A DNA stretch of 56,898 nucleotides, counting the filler, from Sandaracinaceae bacterium (lineage in GTDB: Bacteria; Myxococcota_A; Polyangia; Polyangiales; JADJQN01), in assembly GCA_947483975.1 (NCBI GenBank). It is 3 parts of 3 records of this genome, joined end to end, with 100 filler letters (N's around TTAATTAATTAA, not from the genome) between each part and the next. Parts side by side here need not be neighbours in the genome. Positions count along the whole stretch, not along the records: positions 19,121 to 37,963 come from CANKOL010000062.1; 2 more parts are not named here. One strand, 5' to 3'. The translations under genes and the position numbers were made by a program. The notes beneath the pieces were generated by a model. The model was not told where the DNA came from and searched no databases. It was given only the letters and a program-made list of their open reading frames with translations. Shown here one piece after another: positions 19,021 to 28,742 of the stretch. Every line of letters begins with the position of its first letter. Positions within the stretch are counted from its first letter, which is position 1.

Positions 19021-19120
19021 NNNNNNNNNNNNNNNNNNNNNNNNNNNNNNNNNNNNNNNNNNNNTTAATTAATTAANNNNNNNNNNNNNNNNNNNNNNNN
19101 NNNNNNNNNNNNNNNNNNNN
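19021..19120. other. Assembly gap with artificial linker TTAATTAATTAA (19065-19076)
   Basis: 44 N, a 12-mer giving stops in all six frames, then 44 N. Confidence 0.98.
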
Positions 19121-21268
19121 GAGGAGCGCGGCGAGGAGCCCGGCGACGAGCGGCGGTGTGCCGAGGCGATCGGTCGGCAGCGGACCATCGGGCGTCAGCG
19201 TCGTGCGCCCCGGGCGCAGCCACACGGCGAGCACCCGCGGCGCGCGCCCCGGCGCGGCGAGCGCGGCGTAGACAGGCACCTCGCGCCCCTGCTGCGTCGC
19301 GCGCCAGCGAGGGAAATACGAGATGCCTAGCTCGACCAGCGCCGGCTGCGTCGTGCCGCTCAGCTCGAGCTCGACGCGCTCGTCCTCGAAGCGCACGACG
19401 CGCACGCTGCCGCTGCCGCGCGCGATCCGAGCGATCCGCCCGTCGTGCGCGGCGATGGCGCGGACGCGATACGCGCCGAAGCGATGCTCGGTGCGCGGAT
19501 CGCCGAACGTCGGCGAGTTGTTGCGGCGCACGACGAAGGCGACGTCGTAGCGCGCGAGGAGCGCGGGCGTCGTGCCGTCGATGCGCTCCCGCAGCATCGT
19601 GCCCGCCGCGTAGCCTGCGCGGATGATCGGCAGGCGCGCGAGCGCGGCGATGTGAAACGGGTAGGCGTGCGTCTCCTCGAAGTAGACGCGCTGCACGCCG
19701 CGCGCGGGCGAGCGCTGCGCCTTCAGCCAGTCGGTGAGCGCGCGAAAATCGGACGGATCGGCGAGGTCGACCTCGACGCTGTCGCGCTCGAGGCGCGTGC
19801 GGTCGCGCGCGAACGGGTAGGCGATCTGCAGCGTGAACAGCCCGAGCAGCACGGCGAGCGCGCCGAGCGCCGCGCGGACGCGCCCATCCGCCCGAGGTCG
19901 CTGCACCAGCCCACGCAAACCGGTCGTCAGCGCGCGGTCGAGCGCGAAGGCGGCGAGCACGCAGAGCGTGAGGCGCAGGATCCCCTGCGTGCGCTCGGCG
20001 GCGAAGCGGGCGAGGGAGGGCGAAGGGCTCCAACCGCCGAGGAGAAACGGCAGATCGGAGCCGAGCAGCAGCGCGCTCAGCGCCGCGAGCGCCAGCGTCA
20101 CGCCCGCGACCTGCCGCGACCAGAGCCCCGCGACGGCGCCCGCGAGGCCGATCGACACGATCACAGCGAAGGTCGAGGAGCCGTAGTGCCCGGCGATCAG
20201 CGCGGTGCCGAGCATCATCGGCGTCTCGGGCGCGCTGCCGTAGTGCAGGCCGTAGCGGAGCACGTTCTCGAGGAGCGGTCTCCAGGCGGGCGCCGCGAGC
20301 AACACGCCGATCAGCAGATCGCGGGAGGCGCGCCAAGCCCGCGTGAAGCGCAGATCCGTCGCGAACAGCGGCGCGACGCCGAAGCCGACGATGAACGGCG
20401 TCAGCGAGAGCAGGCTCAGCGGGTGCGCGACCATCGCGAGCGCCGCCGCCGCCCAGACGAGCATCGAGCGCCACGCGGCGGGCCTCTGCACGGACCAGAG
20501 CGCGGCGGCGATCGCGACGAGCGAGAACGCCTGCGCGAGCGCGTGCTGATAGAGCGCGAGGATGAACACCGCGCCGTTCCCGCTCGAGACCGCGCCGCCC
20601 TCGTCGAAGAGCGCGACGAGGCCCGCGGCGAGCGCGAAGGGCCAGCGCACGACGCGCCCGGCGACGAGCACGACGCCGACCGCCGTCCCGACGACGCCCG
20701 CCGCGCCGACGAGCGCGAGGGCGCGCGGCACTTCGTGCTCGAGGTGCCGGGCGTTGGTCACCCACGCAGCGACGTACGTGCCGAACGACGGATAGAGGTC
20801 CCCGAGCGGCTCGCCGGCGAAGAGGAGGTGCGTCCAGTGCGCCGTCGTGCCGTGTCGGAGGGCCTCCGCGACGATCGCGACCTGCACGTGGTGCGGCGCC
20901 CAGTCGTCGAGCACGGCGCCGTGCTTTTCCTTGAGGATCGGCAGCTCGTAGAGGTCGTAGCCGAGGCGCGCGACGATCAGCGGCGCGGCGACCTGCCCGA
21001 CGAGGTCGAGCACTCTGCGCAGCCCCGGAGGCAGCTGCGGCCAGGCCCACGCCGCGAGCGCACCGCCCATGAGCGCGAGCAAGAGCCGCGCGAAGGCGAC
21101 CGGCGCGGTGCCCGAGGGCAGCGTCGCGCTCACCGCGAGGAGGCAGAGCGCGCCGAGCACGACGAGGTGCTCCGCGGTCGCTCCAGCGCGCGCTCCCGCC
21201 ACCGCGGCGCGCGCGCTCGCCCACCAAGCGCGCAGCTCAGCCGCGACGGATTCGAGTCTCGAGCGCAT
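19121..21268 (-). CDS. Polytopic membrane protein, GT-C glycosyltransferase / YfhO-like, 3'-truncated at gap
   Basis: About 12 hydrophobic segments; DDWAPH in the first loop followed by W....FAG.P....YP; C-terminal ISYFPRWRA YfhO-like motif. Start uncertain (21268 or 21310). Confidence 0.68.
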
Positions 21269-21417
21269 CGGTCGCGCGAGTGTAGCGGCGCGTCGGTCGG
21301 GGTGCCCCATTGCCGACGAGCGCCGAGCGTCCGACGAGGGCCGACGAGCGTTGCCTCGCGGGCCTGATGCAGTAGCCTCCACGCCCCGCGGGAGCGACTC
21401 GCGGGCCCGGAGACTTC

Positions 21418-22359
21418 ATGAACAAGGTGATCATCATCGGCTCCGGCCCTGCCGGACACACCGCGGCCATCTACGCCGCCCGCGCCAACCTGAAGCCCGT
21501 GATGTTCGAGGGAATGGTCAAGGGCGGCATCCCCGGCGGGCAGCTGATGATCACGACCGAGGTCGAGAACTACCCCGGCTTCCCCGACGGCATCAAGGGC
21601 CCGGAGCTGATGGAGCTCTTCAAGAAGCAGTCCGAGCGCTTCGGCACCGAGATCCACTCGGCCGACGTCGACGAGGTCGATCTCAGCAAGCGCCCGTTCC
21701 GCGTCGTCTCCGAGGGGCAGGAGCACTTCGCGCACTCGCTGATCATCGCGACGGGCGCGCAGGCGAAGTGGATCGGCCTCGAGAGCGAGACGGCGCTCCG
21801 CAACCGCGGCGTCAGCGCGTGCGCGACCTGCGACGGCTTCTTCTTCCGTGGGCAGGACGTCTGCATCGTCGGCGGCGGCGACACCGCGATGGAAGAGGCG
21901 AACTACCTGAGCGGCATGGCGAAGACGGTCACCGTCATTCACCGCCGCGACTCGCTCCGCGCGTCGAAGATCATGCAGGACCGCGCGCTCAACAACCCGA
22001 AGATCAAGTTCTTCTGGAACAAGGAGGTCATCGAGGTGCTCGACCCGGCGGCCGGCACCGTCAACGCGCTGCGCCTCCGTGACACGGTCACCGGCGAGGT
22101 GACGCTGCACCCGACGCAGGGCCTCTTCATCGCGATCGGCCACTATCCGAACACCGAGATCTTCAACGGGCAGCTGACGCTCGACGAGAACGGCTACATC
22201 GTCACGAAGCCCGGCACGACGCAGACGAGCGTCGAGGGTGTCTACGCGGCGGGCGACGTGCAGGACCACGTCTATCGGCAGGCGATCACGGCGGCAGGCA
22301 CCGGCTGCGCGGCGGCGATCGAGGTCGAGCGCTGGCTCGCGGCGGGCGGGCTGCACTGA
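21418..22359 (+). CDS. trxB: Thioredoxin-disulfide reductase
   Basis: IIGSGPAG.TAAIY, GGQL, ENYPGF, CATCDG, GGGDTAMEEA, HRRD, AAGDV, QAITAAG.G. Confidence 0.97.
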   Translation: MNKVIIIGSGPAGHTAAIYAARANLKPVMFEGMVKGGIPGGQLMITTEVENYPGFPDGIKGPELMELFKKQSERFGTEIHSADVDEVDLSKRPFRVVSEGQEHFAHSLIIATGAQAKWIGLESETALRNRGVSACATCDGFFFRGQDVCIVGGGDTAMEEANYLSGMAKTVTVIHRRDSLRASKIMQDRALNNPKIKFFWNKEVIEVLDPAAGTVNALRLRDTVTGEVTLHPTQGLFIAIGHYPNTEIFNGQLTLDENGYIVTKPGTTQTSVEGVYAAGDVQDHVYRQAITAAGTGCAAAIEVERWLAAGGLH

Positions 22360-22428
22360 GCGGTAGCAGCCTGCGCTGAGGCGACGGCAGCCTCCGCTGA
22401 GCGACGGCGGGCTGCGCCTCGGCGCGAC
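22348..22428 (+). repeat. Degenerate 20-21-bp tandem repeat (3-4 copies) starting at the trxB stop
   Basis: GGGCTGCACTGAGCGGTAGC / AGCCTGCGCTGAGGCGACGGC / AGCCTCCGCTGAGCGACGGC / GGGCTGCGCCTCGGCGCGAC. Confidence 0.55.
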
Positions 22429-22449
22429 CCGCGCGACAGGGCGCGGGAA

Positions 22450-24285
22450 GTGCGGTACCAAGGGCCGACTGTGTCGGGCACGAGTCGTCTAGCGTCGGAG
22501 AGGGCCGCACGACTGCGCCGGCGGAGCGTCCCGGACGCGGGCGGCCCGCCGGTCTTCTACGTGCAGCCGGTGGGGAGCGAGCCCGTCGCGGGCGAGGCGC
22601 GCGTCGTCGAGCTGCTGCACGCGGAGCCGCGCGCCTGGGGCGATCTGCGCGGCTGCGCGGAGCTCGTGCGCTTCGCCTTCGAGGGCGGGGACTGCGCGGG
22701 CGTCTTCGACACGCTGATCGAGGCGCTGCCGCTCTCGCCGACGGAGCTCGCGGCGGAGTCGTTCGCCTCGCAGCTCTACCTCGACGAGCTGATCCAGCAC
22801 TGCCTGCGCGTGAAGCTCGACGGCGCGGCGGTGCGCACGAACACCAAGCTCTTACGTCGCATTCTGGAGACGCCGCCCGCCGACGCGGCGGACTGCGACG
22901 CGCGCCAAGGCGTGCTGCGTGAGCTCGTCGCGCGACCCGAGCTGCGCGCGCAGCTCGAGCAGGCGTACGCAGCGCTCCGGGCGCTCCGCGACGCGCTCGA
23001 GCTCGCGACGTCGGTCGAGCCGAACCTCGTGCGGCGCAAGATCGGCGTGCTCGTCGCGCTGCAGCGCTGCGTGAACGCGCTGGCGGACGGCTTCGACGGC
23101 GCGACGTCGCTGCTCGCGCGGCTCCGCAGCAAAGGGCAGGCCGTGCGCGCGAGCGCGGCGTGGACGCAGCTCACGCAGCTGGTGGACATCGAGGGGCACC
23201 TCGCGACGGTGGACCTGCGCGTGCGCCTCGGCTCGGACGGCACGATCCGCGGCTTCGGCGTGCTCGCGGTGCGCGAAAACGCGGACAACGACCTGCTCCC
23301 GGGGCCCGTCGCGCGCTTCTTTCAGCGGCTCTTCTCGTTCTTGCGCGGCTATCGCTACGGCGAGAGCGAGGTCGTGGTGCGCCTGCTCGAGGAGGTGTTC
23401 ACGCCGCTGACCGACGACGTCGTGGAGCTCCTCGCGACGATGGGCGCGCTCGAGCTCTATCTCGCTGCGCTCGGCTTCCGCGATCTCGCCGCAGAGAAGG
23501 GGCTCACGGTGTCCCTGCCGGAGCTGCTCGACGACTCCGCGCCGGGCGACAACGCCGACGCGCGCGCGACGCCGGGGCGAGTGCTCGAGGGGCTCTTCAA
23601 TCCGCTCCTCTTCGTGCAGGGGATCACGCCGACTCCTTGCGATGTGCCGGTCGCTCGGCACGACGCGCTCGTCGTGATCACGGGGCCGAATTCCGGCGGT
23701 AAGACGCGGCTCTTACAGGCGCTCGCGCTGACGCAGCTGCTCGGCCAAGCGGGGCTCTTCGTGCCGGCGGCGAGGGCACGGCTCGCGCGGGCGCCGCGCA
23801 TCTTCCTCTCGCTCGTCACCGACGGGGACGCGGGGCAGGTCGAGGGGCGCCTCGGCACCGAATTGCTGCGCATTCGCAAGCTCTTCGAGCAGCTCGAGGA
23901 GGGCTCGCTCGCGGTGCTCGATGAGCTCTGCTCGGGGACGAACCCGCTCGAGGGCGAGGAGATCTTCGAGATGGTCGTGTCGCTGCTCCCGCGCCTGCGC
24001 CCGCAGGTCTTCGTCAGCACGCACTTCCTCGGGCTCGCCGCGCGGCTCGAGCGCGAGCGCCCCGTCGAGAGCCTCGCGTTCCTGCAGGTCGAGCTCGATG
24101 CGGACGAGCGCCCGACCTATCAGTTCGTGCCTGGCGTGGCGAAGACGTCGCTCGCGCACAAGGTCGCCGCGCGCCTCGGCGTGACGCGCGAAGAGCTCGA
24201 GGCGCTGGTGGCTGACAAGATCGGCGCTGAAGAGTCCGGCGGCGAGAGCCCGGGAAGCGAGAAGCAACGCGAGAAGCCGCGCTGA
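22450..24285 (+). CDS. MutS-related ATPase (domain V, no mismatch-binding domain)
   Basis: ITGPNSGGKT Walker A, GRLGTEL, LDELCSGT Walker B, STH, AARLGV helix-turn-helix. Start uncertain. Confidence 0.82.
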   Translation: MRYQGPTVSGTSRLASERAARLRRRSVPDAGGPPVFYVQPVGSEPVAGEARVVELLHAEPRAWGDLRGCAELVRFAFEGGDCAGVFDTLIEALPLSPTELAAESFASQLYLDELIQHCLRVKLDGAAVRTNTKLLRRILETPPADAADCDARQGVLRELVARPELRAQLEQAYAALRALRDALELATSVEPNLVRRKIGVLVALQRCVNALADGFDGATSLLARLRSKGQAVRASAAWTQLTQLVDIEGHLATVDLRVRLGSDGTIRGFGVLAVRENADNDLLPGPVARFFQRLFSFLRGYRYGESEVVVRLLEEVFTPLTDDVVELLATMGALELYLAALGFRDLAAEKGLTVSLPELLDDSAPGDNADARATPGRVLEGLFNPLLFVQGITPTPCDVPVARHDALVVITGPNSGGKTRLLQALALTQLLGQAGLFVPAARARLARAPRIFLSLVTDGDAGQVEGRLGTELLRIRKLFEQLEEGSLAVLDELCSGTNPLEGEEIFEMVVSLLPRLRPQVFVSTHFLGLAARLERERPVESLAFLQVELDADERPTYQFVPGVAKTSLAHKVAARLGVTREELEALVADKIGAEESGGESPGSEKQREKPR

Positions 24286-24362
24286 GGTCCCAGGCCGCCG
24301 CAAGTCCGGAGCGAGCGTAAGCTCGGCGCCCGCGGCGCGACGCTACAGGCAGGAGACGATGA

Positions 24363-26405
24363 TTGTCGCGTTCGTCCCCGAGGGTCGGAACTAATCATGG
24401 AGGCGACGGTCTTCGTCCTGTGCGCTTCGCCGAGGTGAAATCCCCGCTGATCGAGCCGCGCGGGCCGCGCGTACCGCTCGCTGTCTGGCTCGTGCTCGCG
24501 GGGCTGCCGTGGCTCGTCGGCGTCGCGCGAATGCGGTACCTCGCCGGCCTGGCGCTCGAGCGCGCGCACGTCGTCGCGCTCGGGTCGCGCGAGCCTGCCG
24601 TGGCGCGGTGGACGCACGACGCGCTCAGCGCGCAGTGGCTCGGTGCGTGCTGGACGTGGGGACTCGCCGGGGCGCTCGCGGTCGGCTTCGGCGGCGTGGC
24701 GCTGTCGCGGCGCTGGGCGCAGCGCAAGAGCGCGACCGACGACTCGCTGCGGGCGAGCGCGGGCGCGCTGATGACGGCAGCCGCGGCCGCGGGCTTTCTG
24801 TCGCTCGTCGCGGGCACCGCTGCGCTCGACGCGCGAGAGTCGCTCAGCGCCTTGCACTCGCTGCTGCGGTTGGACGCCGGGACGCGCGCGATGGTGTTCG
24901 CGGAGGCGGCGGAGTCCTTCGTGAGCGGCGCGCTCCTCGTGAAGACCGCGACGAGCGTGCTCCTCGTCGGGGCCCTGGGGCTCGCGGGCTGGGTCGCGTC
25001 CCGCCCGCGGGCTGCGGCGCGCGAGGTCGTCGGGGGGACGGCGCTGATCGTCGCCGCGTTGCTGCTCGCGAACGCGGACCGCGCGGCGGGGTTCTCGACC
25101 CAGCGCGAGGTCGCCGCCTCGCTGCCGACCCCTTGGCAGGACGTCGAGGGCTTCGTGCCGATGGCGCTCGGCGACGCGGACCCTTCGCCCGCGGGGCCGC
25201 CCGTCGCGGTGGTCACGATGGACTCGATCGTGCCCCTCGACGGCTTCGCGGTCCCCACGACGTCGCTCGACGCGCCCGCGAGCCGCAGCTCGCTCGCCGA
25301 GGCGCTGAGCACGGCGCAGGGACGCGTGCCCGCGCAGTGGAACAGCGTCGTGAGGCTCGAGGCGATGCTCCGCAGTCAGCCGCGGAGCGTCGAGGACGTC
25401 GACGGGCGTCCCTCGATGACGCTGCTCGTCGACGCGCGCGTGCCGGCGCCCGTGCTGCGGGCGCTGTTCGCTGCCGCAGCCGACGCGGGCGCGCGCTCGG
25501 TCGTGCTCCTCGGAGCGGACAGTCGCGTGACCCGAGAGACGACGACGGCGCTCGAGGGCGGCGCGCCGCTGCTCGGCCTGCTCGTGCGCCGACCGCGCAG
25601 CCTCACGGTGCTGCTCGAGCGCGGCATCGCCGGTCACTACGCGGAGGGCGACGACAACCTCTGGCACGCGACGGTCGGCGGACGCGCCGAGGGGCAACTG
25701 AGCGCGCGCCCCGGCATGACGCTCGCGCCGCTCCCCGTGCCGAGCACGCGCGAGTCGCGCGCCCGGCCGAAGCGCGCTCCCGCGACGGAGCGACTCAGCG
25801 TGGCGTACCTGGCGCTCGCCGACGACGCGACCGCTGCGAGCCTGGCGACGTTCGCGCTGAGCGCGACCGAGCAGGGGCTTGCTCCGCTCGTCGCGCTGCG
25901 TGCGCTGCCGGGAGAGCCCGACCGGCCGTTCGATGCCGGGCCCCCATGGGAGCCGAGCTCGATCTGGCAGCCCCGCGACTTCGGCGGCTTCACCGAGACC
26001 TTCAGATCGCCGGAGTGCGGACCGCGCGAGGGGGGCCCGCGCCGCGGAGACCGCCGAGCCCGGCCGGGACCGGTGGCAGGGGTCAGCGGCAGCGCGGTGG
26101 AGGTCCGAGGCTCGCTCTCGCCTCAGGTCATCCAGCGAGTCGTGACGAGGCACTTCCCCGAGGTGCGTTACTGCTACGAGCAACTGCTCGACGAACACCC
26201 CCAGCTCGCGGGCACCGTCGCCGTGCAGTTCATGCTCGACGCGTCAGGCGCGCCGCAGTCGGTCGCGCTCGGCCGCTCCGATCTGCGCTGTCGCCCGCTC
26301 GAAGTCTGCATCGTGCAGGCGGTGAAGCGGTGGTCGTTTCCGAGCCCACCGCTCGCTGCGTTGCAGCTGGTCACCTACCGCTTCGTCCTGGAAAGCCGAC
26401 GCTGA
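24363..26405 (+). CDS. Membrane protein with degenerate ExbB-like helices, ExbD-like domains and a C-terminal AgmX/PglI (TonB-C-like) domain; paralogue 1
   Basis: GSL...IQRVV.RH..EVR.CYE......LAG.V...F...C....W.FP domain; LLVDARVP..VLRALF....AGARSVVL; collinear with the next gene. Start may be 24420 or 24435. Confidence 0.72.
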   Translation: MSRSSPRVGTNHGGDGLRPVRFAEVKSPLIEPRGPRVPLAVWLVLAGLPWLVGVARMRYLAGLALERAHVVALGSREPAVARWTHDALSAQWLGACWTWGLAGALAVGFGGVALSRRWAQRKSATDDSLRASAGALMTAAAAAGFLSLVAGTAALDARESLSALHSLLRLDAGTRAMVFAEAAESFVSGALLVKTATSVLLVGALGLAGWVASRPRAAAREVVGGTALIVAALLLANADRAAGFSTQREVAASLPTPWQDVEGFVPMALGDADPSPAGPPVAVVTMDSIVPLDGFAVPTTSLDAPASRSSLAEALSTAQGRVPAQWNSVVRLEAMLRSQPRSVEDVDGRPSMTLLVDARVPAPVLRALFAAAADAGARSVVLLGADSRVTRETTTALEGGAPLLGLLVRRPRSLTVLLERGIAGHYAEGDDNLWHATVGGRAEGQLSARPGMTLAPLPVPSTRESRARPKRAPATERLSVAYLALADDATAASLATFALSATEQGLAPLVALRALPGEPDRPFDAGPPWEPSSIWQPRDFGGFTETFRSPECGPREGGPRRGDRRARPGPVAGVSGSAVEVRGSLSPQVIQRVVTRHFPEVRYCYEQLLDEHPQLAGTVAVQFMLDASGAPQSVALGRSDLRCRPLEVCIVQAVKRWSFPSPPLAALQLVTYRFVLESRR

Positions 26406-26430
26406 ACCGGGATTTGTTAGCATCCCGCGC

Positions 26431-28704
26431 ATGACCCGTGATCCCGACCTGTCGTCCCTCCCTCAGTTCGGCGTCGCACCGGCGCCCGCACCGCAGAGAG
26501 CCTCGGGCTTCGCGACGGGGCTCGCGGCGTCGATGCCGTTCCTCGTCGGACTCGGCGCGACCGTGGTCTTCGTCGCGGGTCTCAAGGGCGAGAGCCCGTT
26601 GCGCTTCGCGCAGGAGACGGGCTGGCCCTTCTACGCGATCGTGGCGATGACCTGGCTTTCGGCGCTCGTGCTCACGGTCACGCTCGCGCTCGCGGGACGC
26701 GGGGCGCGCGTGCCTTCGGCCCTGTCGCTCTTCTTCGCCGGGCTGCCTTGGGTGGTGGGCGTCGCTGGCGTGCGGCTCTCGACGAGCAACGTCCTCGACG
26801 CGGTGACGAACGTCGAGCCCGCGATGCGCGCGACGCTGATCGCGCAGGGCCTCGCCGAGGCGAGCGGCGCGCGACTCGTCGGCGCGTGGTGCACCGCAGC
26901 CCTCGCTGGGTCGCTCGCGCTCGGGCTCGCCATCGCGTCGCTCGGGCAGCGGTCGCCGAACCGCAAGCCGCTCTTCGGCGCCGTCGGGCTCGTGCTCTCG
27001 CTGCCGGTGGTCGCGCTCGCAGGCTACGCGGGCGTCGCCCACGTGTTCGGCACGTACCTGCTCTACGCCGTCGTCGCCGCGCTCGGCGTGGTCGTCGCGC
27101 TGACGCTCGGCGCCGCGGGCGCCGGCGACTCCCTCTACGCGCGCGCGTCCGCCCTGTCGGCCGCGGTCGCGCCGGCGGCGCTGCTCTCGTTCGTCGCCGC
27201 CGTCGCGGCGATGGAGACAGGCGGCTTTCGTGGCGCGTTCGCCGCCGTCGCGATGGTCGACGTGTCGGAGCGCGCGTCGCTCCTCGCGATGGGCGCGGAG
27301 TCGTTCGTCGTCGGGGGACGCATCGCCAACCTGTCGCTCGGCGCGCTCGGCCTCGCGTCCCTCGTCCTCGCCGGGTGGGCCGTGTCTCGGGCGCGCCCGA
27401 CGCTCGGCGCGCTCCTCGGCGGCGTAGCCGTCGCGATCCTCGCGCTGTTCGTCATCGGCGCCGATCGCCTCGCCGACCTCGCGACTCGGCACGATCTCGG
27501 CGCGCTGCCCCTGACGGCGTGGCAGGGCGTGGACGGCTTCATGCCGACGACGATCCTCGACGCGAGCGACGAGCAGAACCTCCGGCCCGTCGCCGTGGTG
27601 ACGACCGACCGGATCTTGCCGCTGGGCGCCGAGCCGATCGCGCTGAGCACGCTCGGCACGCCGGCGGGACGCGCTGCCGTCGCGGCGACGCTCCGCCCGA
27701 CGCTCACCGGCGGCGCGCCCGACGGCTCTCCAGAGCCCGACGCGCGGCCCGCGATGGCGCTCGCCATCGACGCGCGCATCCCGGCCTCGACGCTGCGCGC
27801 GCTCTTCGAGGTCGCGCAGGCGGCGGGCGCACACTCGGTCGTGCTCGTCGGCTCGGCCTCACGCGCCGACCCCGTCGCCATGCATCGCCTCGAGGAGGAG
27901 GCCCCGCTCGTCGCCATGGTCGCCCAGTCCATCGGCAGCGTGACGGTGCTCCTCGAGAGCGCTCTGCCGCCCGGCTACGCGGACGCCGACCCGACGCTCT
28001 GGCGCACGACGGTGAACGGGCAGAACGAGGTGCACTTGACCCCGCGCACCGGCAGCGACGGCGCTCCGATCGCGCTCGGCGGCTCGGAGCGCGCGCACTG
28101 GAACCGCTCCCCCGGCGGCGAGCCCGACGACGCCCCGCGCCCCGTCGCCTACCTCGCCTTCGACGAGGGCGCGACCAGCGAGACCTTCGCGTCCATGGTG
28201 ACCGCCGCGGCGCTCGAGTCGCTTCGCCCGCTCGTCGTGCTCGGCCCGATGCCAGGCCACTCCGAGCAGCCTGCAGCGCCACGCCCGGCGCCCGGAGGCG
28301 CCCCACCGGGCGGCCTCGAGGACAGGCTCGGCGGCAGCGGAATCATCGGCCTCGGCGACCCGCGCAGGCCCGTCGTCGCGGGCACGCGCGTCGGCGCGAC
28401 GACCGTCATGGGCTCCCTCGATCCCGCCGTCATCCAGCGCATCGTGCGCCGGCACATGAGCGAGGTGCGCGCCTGCTACGAGCGCGGCCTGCGCGAGCGT
28501 CCGGGGCTCGCGGGTCGCGTCATCGTGCGGTTCGTGATCTCGCCGAGCGGCGCGGTGCAGGGGGCGACCGTCGAGTCCTCGACGCTCGAGGCGCCCGCCG
28601 TCGACGGTTGCATCGCCGCCGCGACGCTGCGCTGGATGTTCCCTGAACCAGAGGGCGGCGGCATCGTGACGGTGACCTTCCCGTTCGTGTTCGCAGCGGA
28701 ATGA
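26431..28704 (+). CDS. Membrane protein with ExbB/TolQ-like helices, two ExbD/TolR-like domains and a C-terminal AgmX/PglI domain; paralogue 2
   Basis: 9-10 TM segments including LPWVVGVAG...LIAQGLAEA; LAIDARIP..TLRALFEVAQAAGAHSVVL; GSLDPAVIQRIVRRH..EVRACYE...FPFVF. Confidence 0.8.
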   Translation: MTRDPDLSSLPQFGVAPAPAPQRASGFATGLAASMPFLVGLGATVVFVAGLKGESPLRFAQETGWPFYAIVAMTWLSALVLTVTLALAGRGARVPSALSLFFAGLPWVVGVAGVRLSTSNVLDAVTNVEPAMRATLIAQGLAEASGARLVGAWCTAALAGSLALGLAIASLGQRSPNRKPLFGAVGLVLSLPVVALAGYAGVAHVFGTYLLYAVVAALGVVVALTLGAAGAGDSLYARASALSAAVAPAALLSFVAAVAAMETGGFRGAFAAVAMVDVSERASLLAMGAESFVVGGRIANLSLGALGLASLVLAGWAVSRARPTLGALLGGVAVAILALFVIGADRLADLATRHDLGALPLTAWQGVDGFMPTTILDASDEQNLRPVAVVTTDRILPLGAEPIALSTLGTPAGRAAVAATLRPTLTGGAPDGSPEPDARPAMALAIDARIPASTLRALFEVAQAAGAHSVVLVGSASRADPVAMHRLEEEAPLVAMVAQSIGSVTVLLESALPPGYADADPTLWRTTVNGQNEVHLTPRTGSDGAPIALGGSERAHWNRSPGGEPDDAPRPVAYLAFDEGATSETFASMVTAAALESLRPLVVLGPMPGHSEQPAAPRPAPGGAPPGGLEDRLGGSGIIGLGDPRRPVVAGTRVGATTVMGSLDPAVIQRIVRRHMSEVRACYERGLRERPGLAGRVIVRFVISPSGAVQGATVESSTLEAPAVDGCIAAATLRWMFPEPEGGGIVTVTFPFVFAAE

Positions 28705-28712
28705 GCGTTAGT

Positions 28713-28742
28713 TTGGAGAACGCCGCGCGCCCTTGCTATCGT
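28713..28742 (+). promoter_or_regulatory. Candidate sigma70 promoter with extended -10
   Basis: TTGGAG-N18-TATCGT with TG one base upstream of the -10; would favour a later start (GTG 28753 or 28771) for the cNMP-domain gene. Confidence 0.3.

Noticed and set aside
19021..19120. TTAATTAATTAA AT-rich palindromes, ORFs running through the Ns, and apparent linkage of the membrane protein with the SLT gene
   Set aside because: This is an artificial contig linker (identical at 37964-38063); adjacency across it has no biological meaning.
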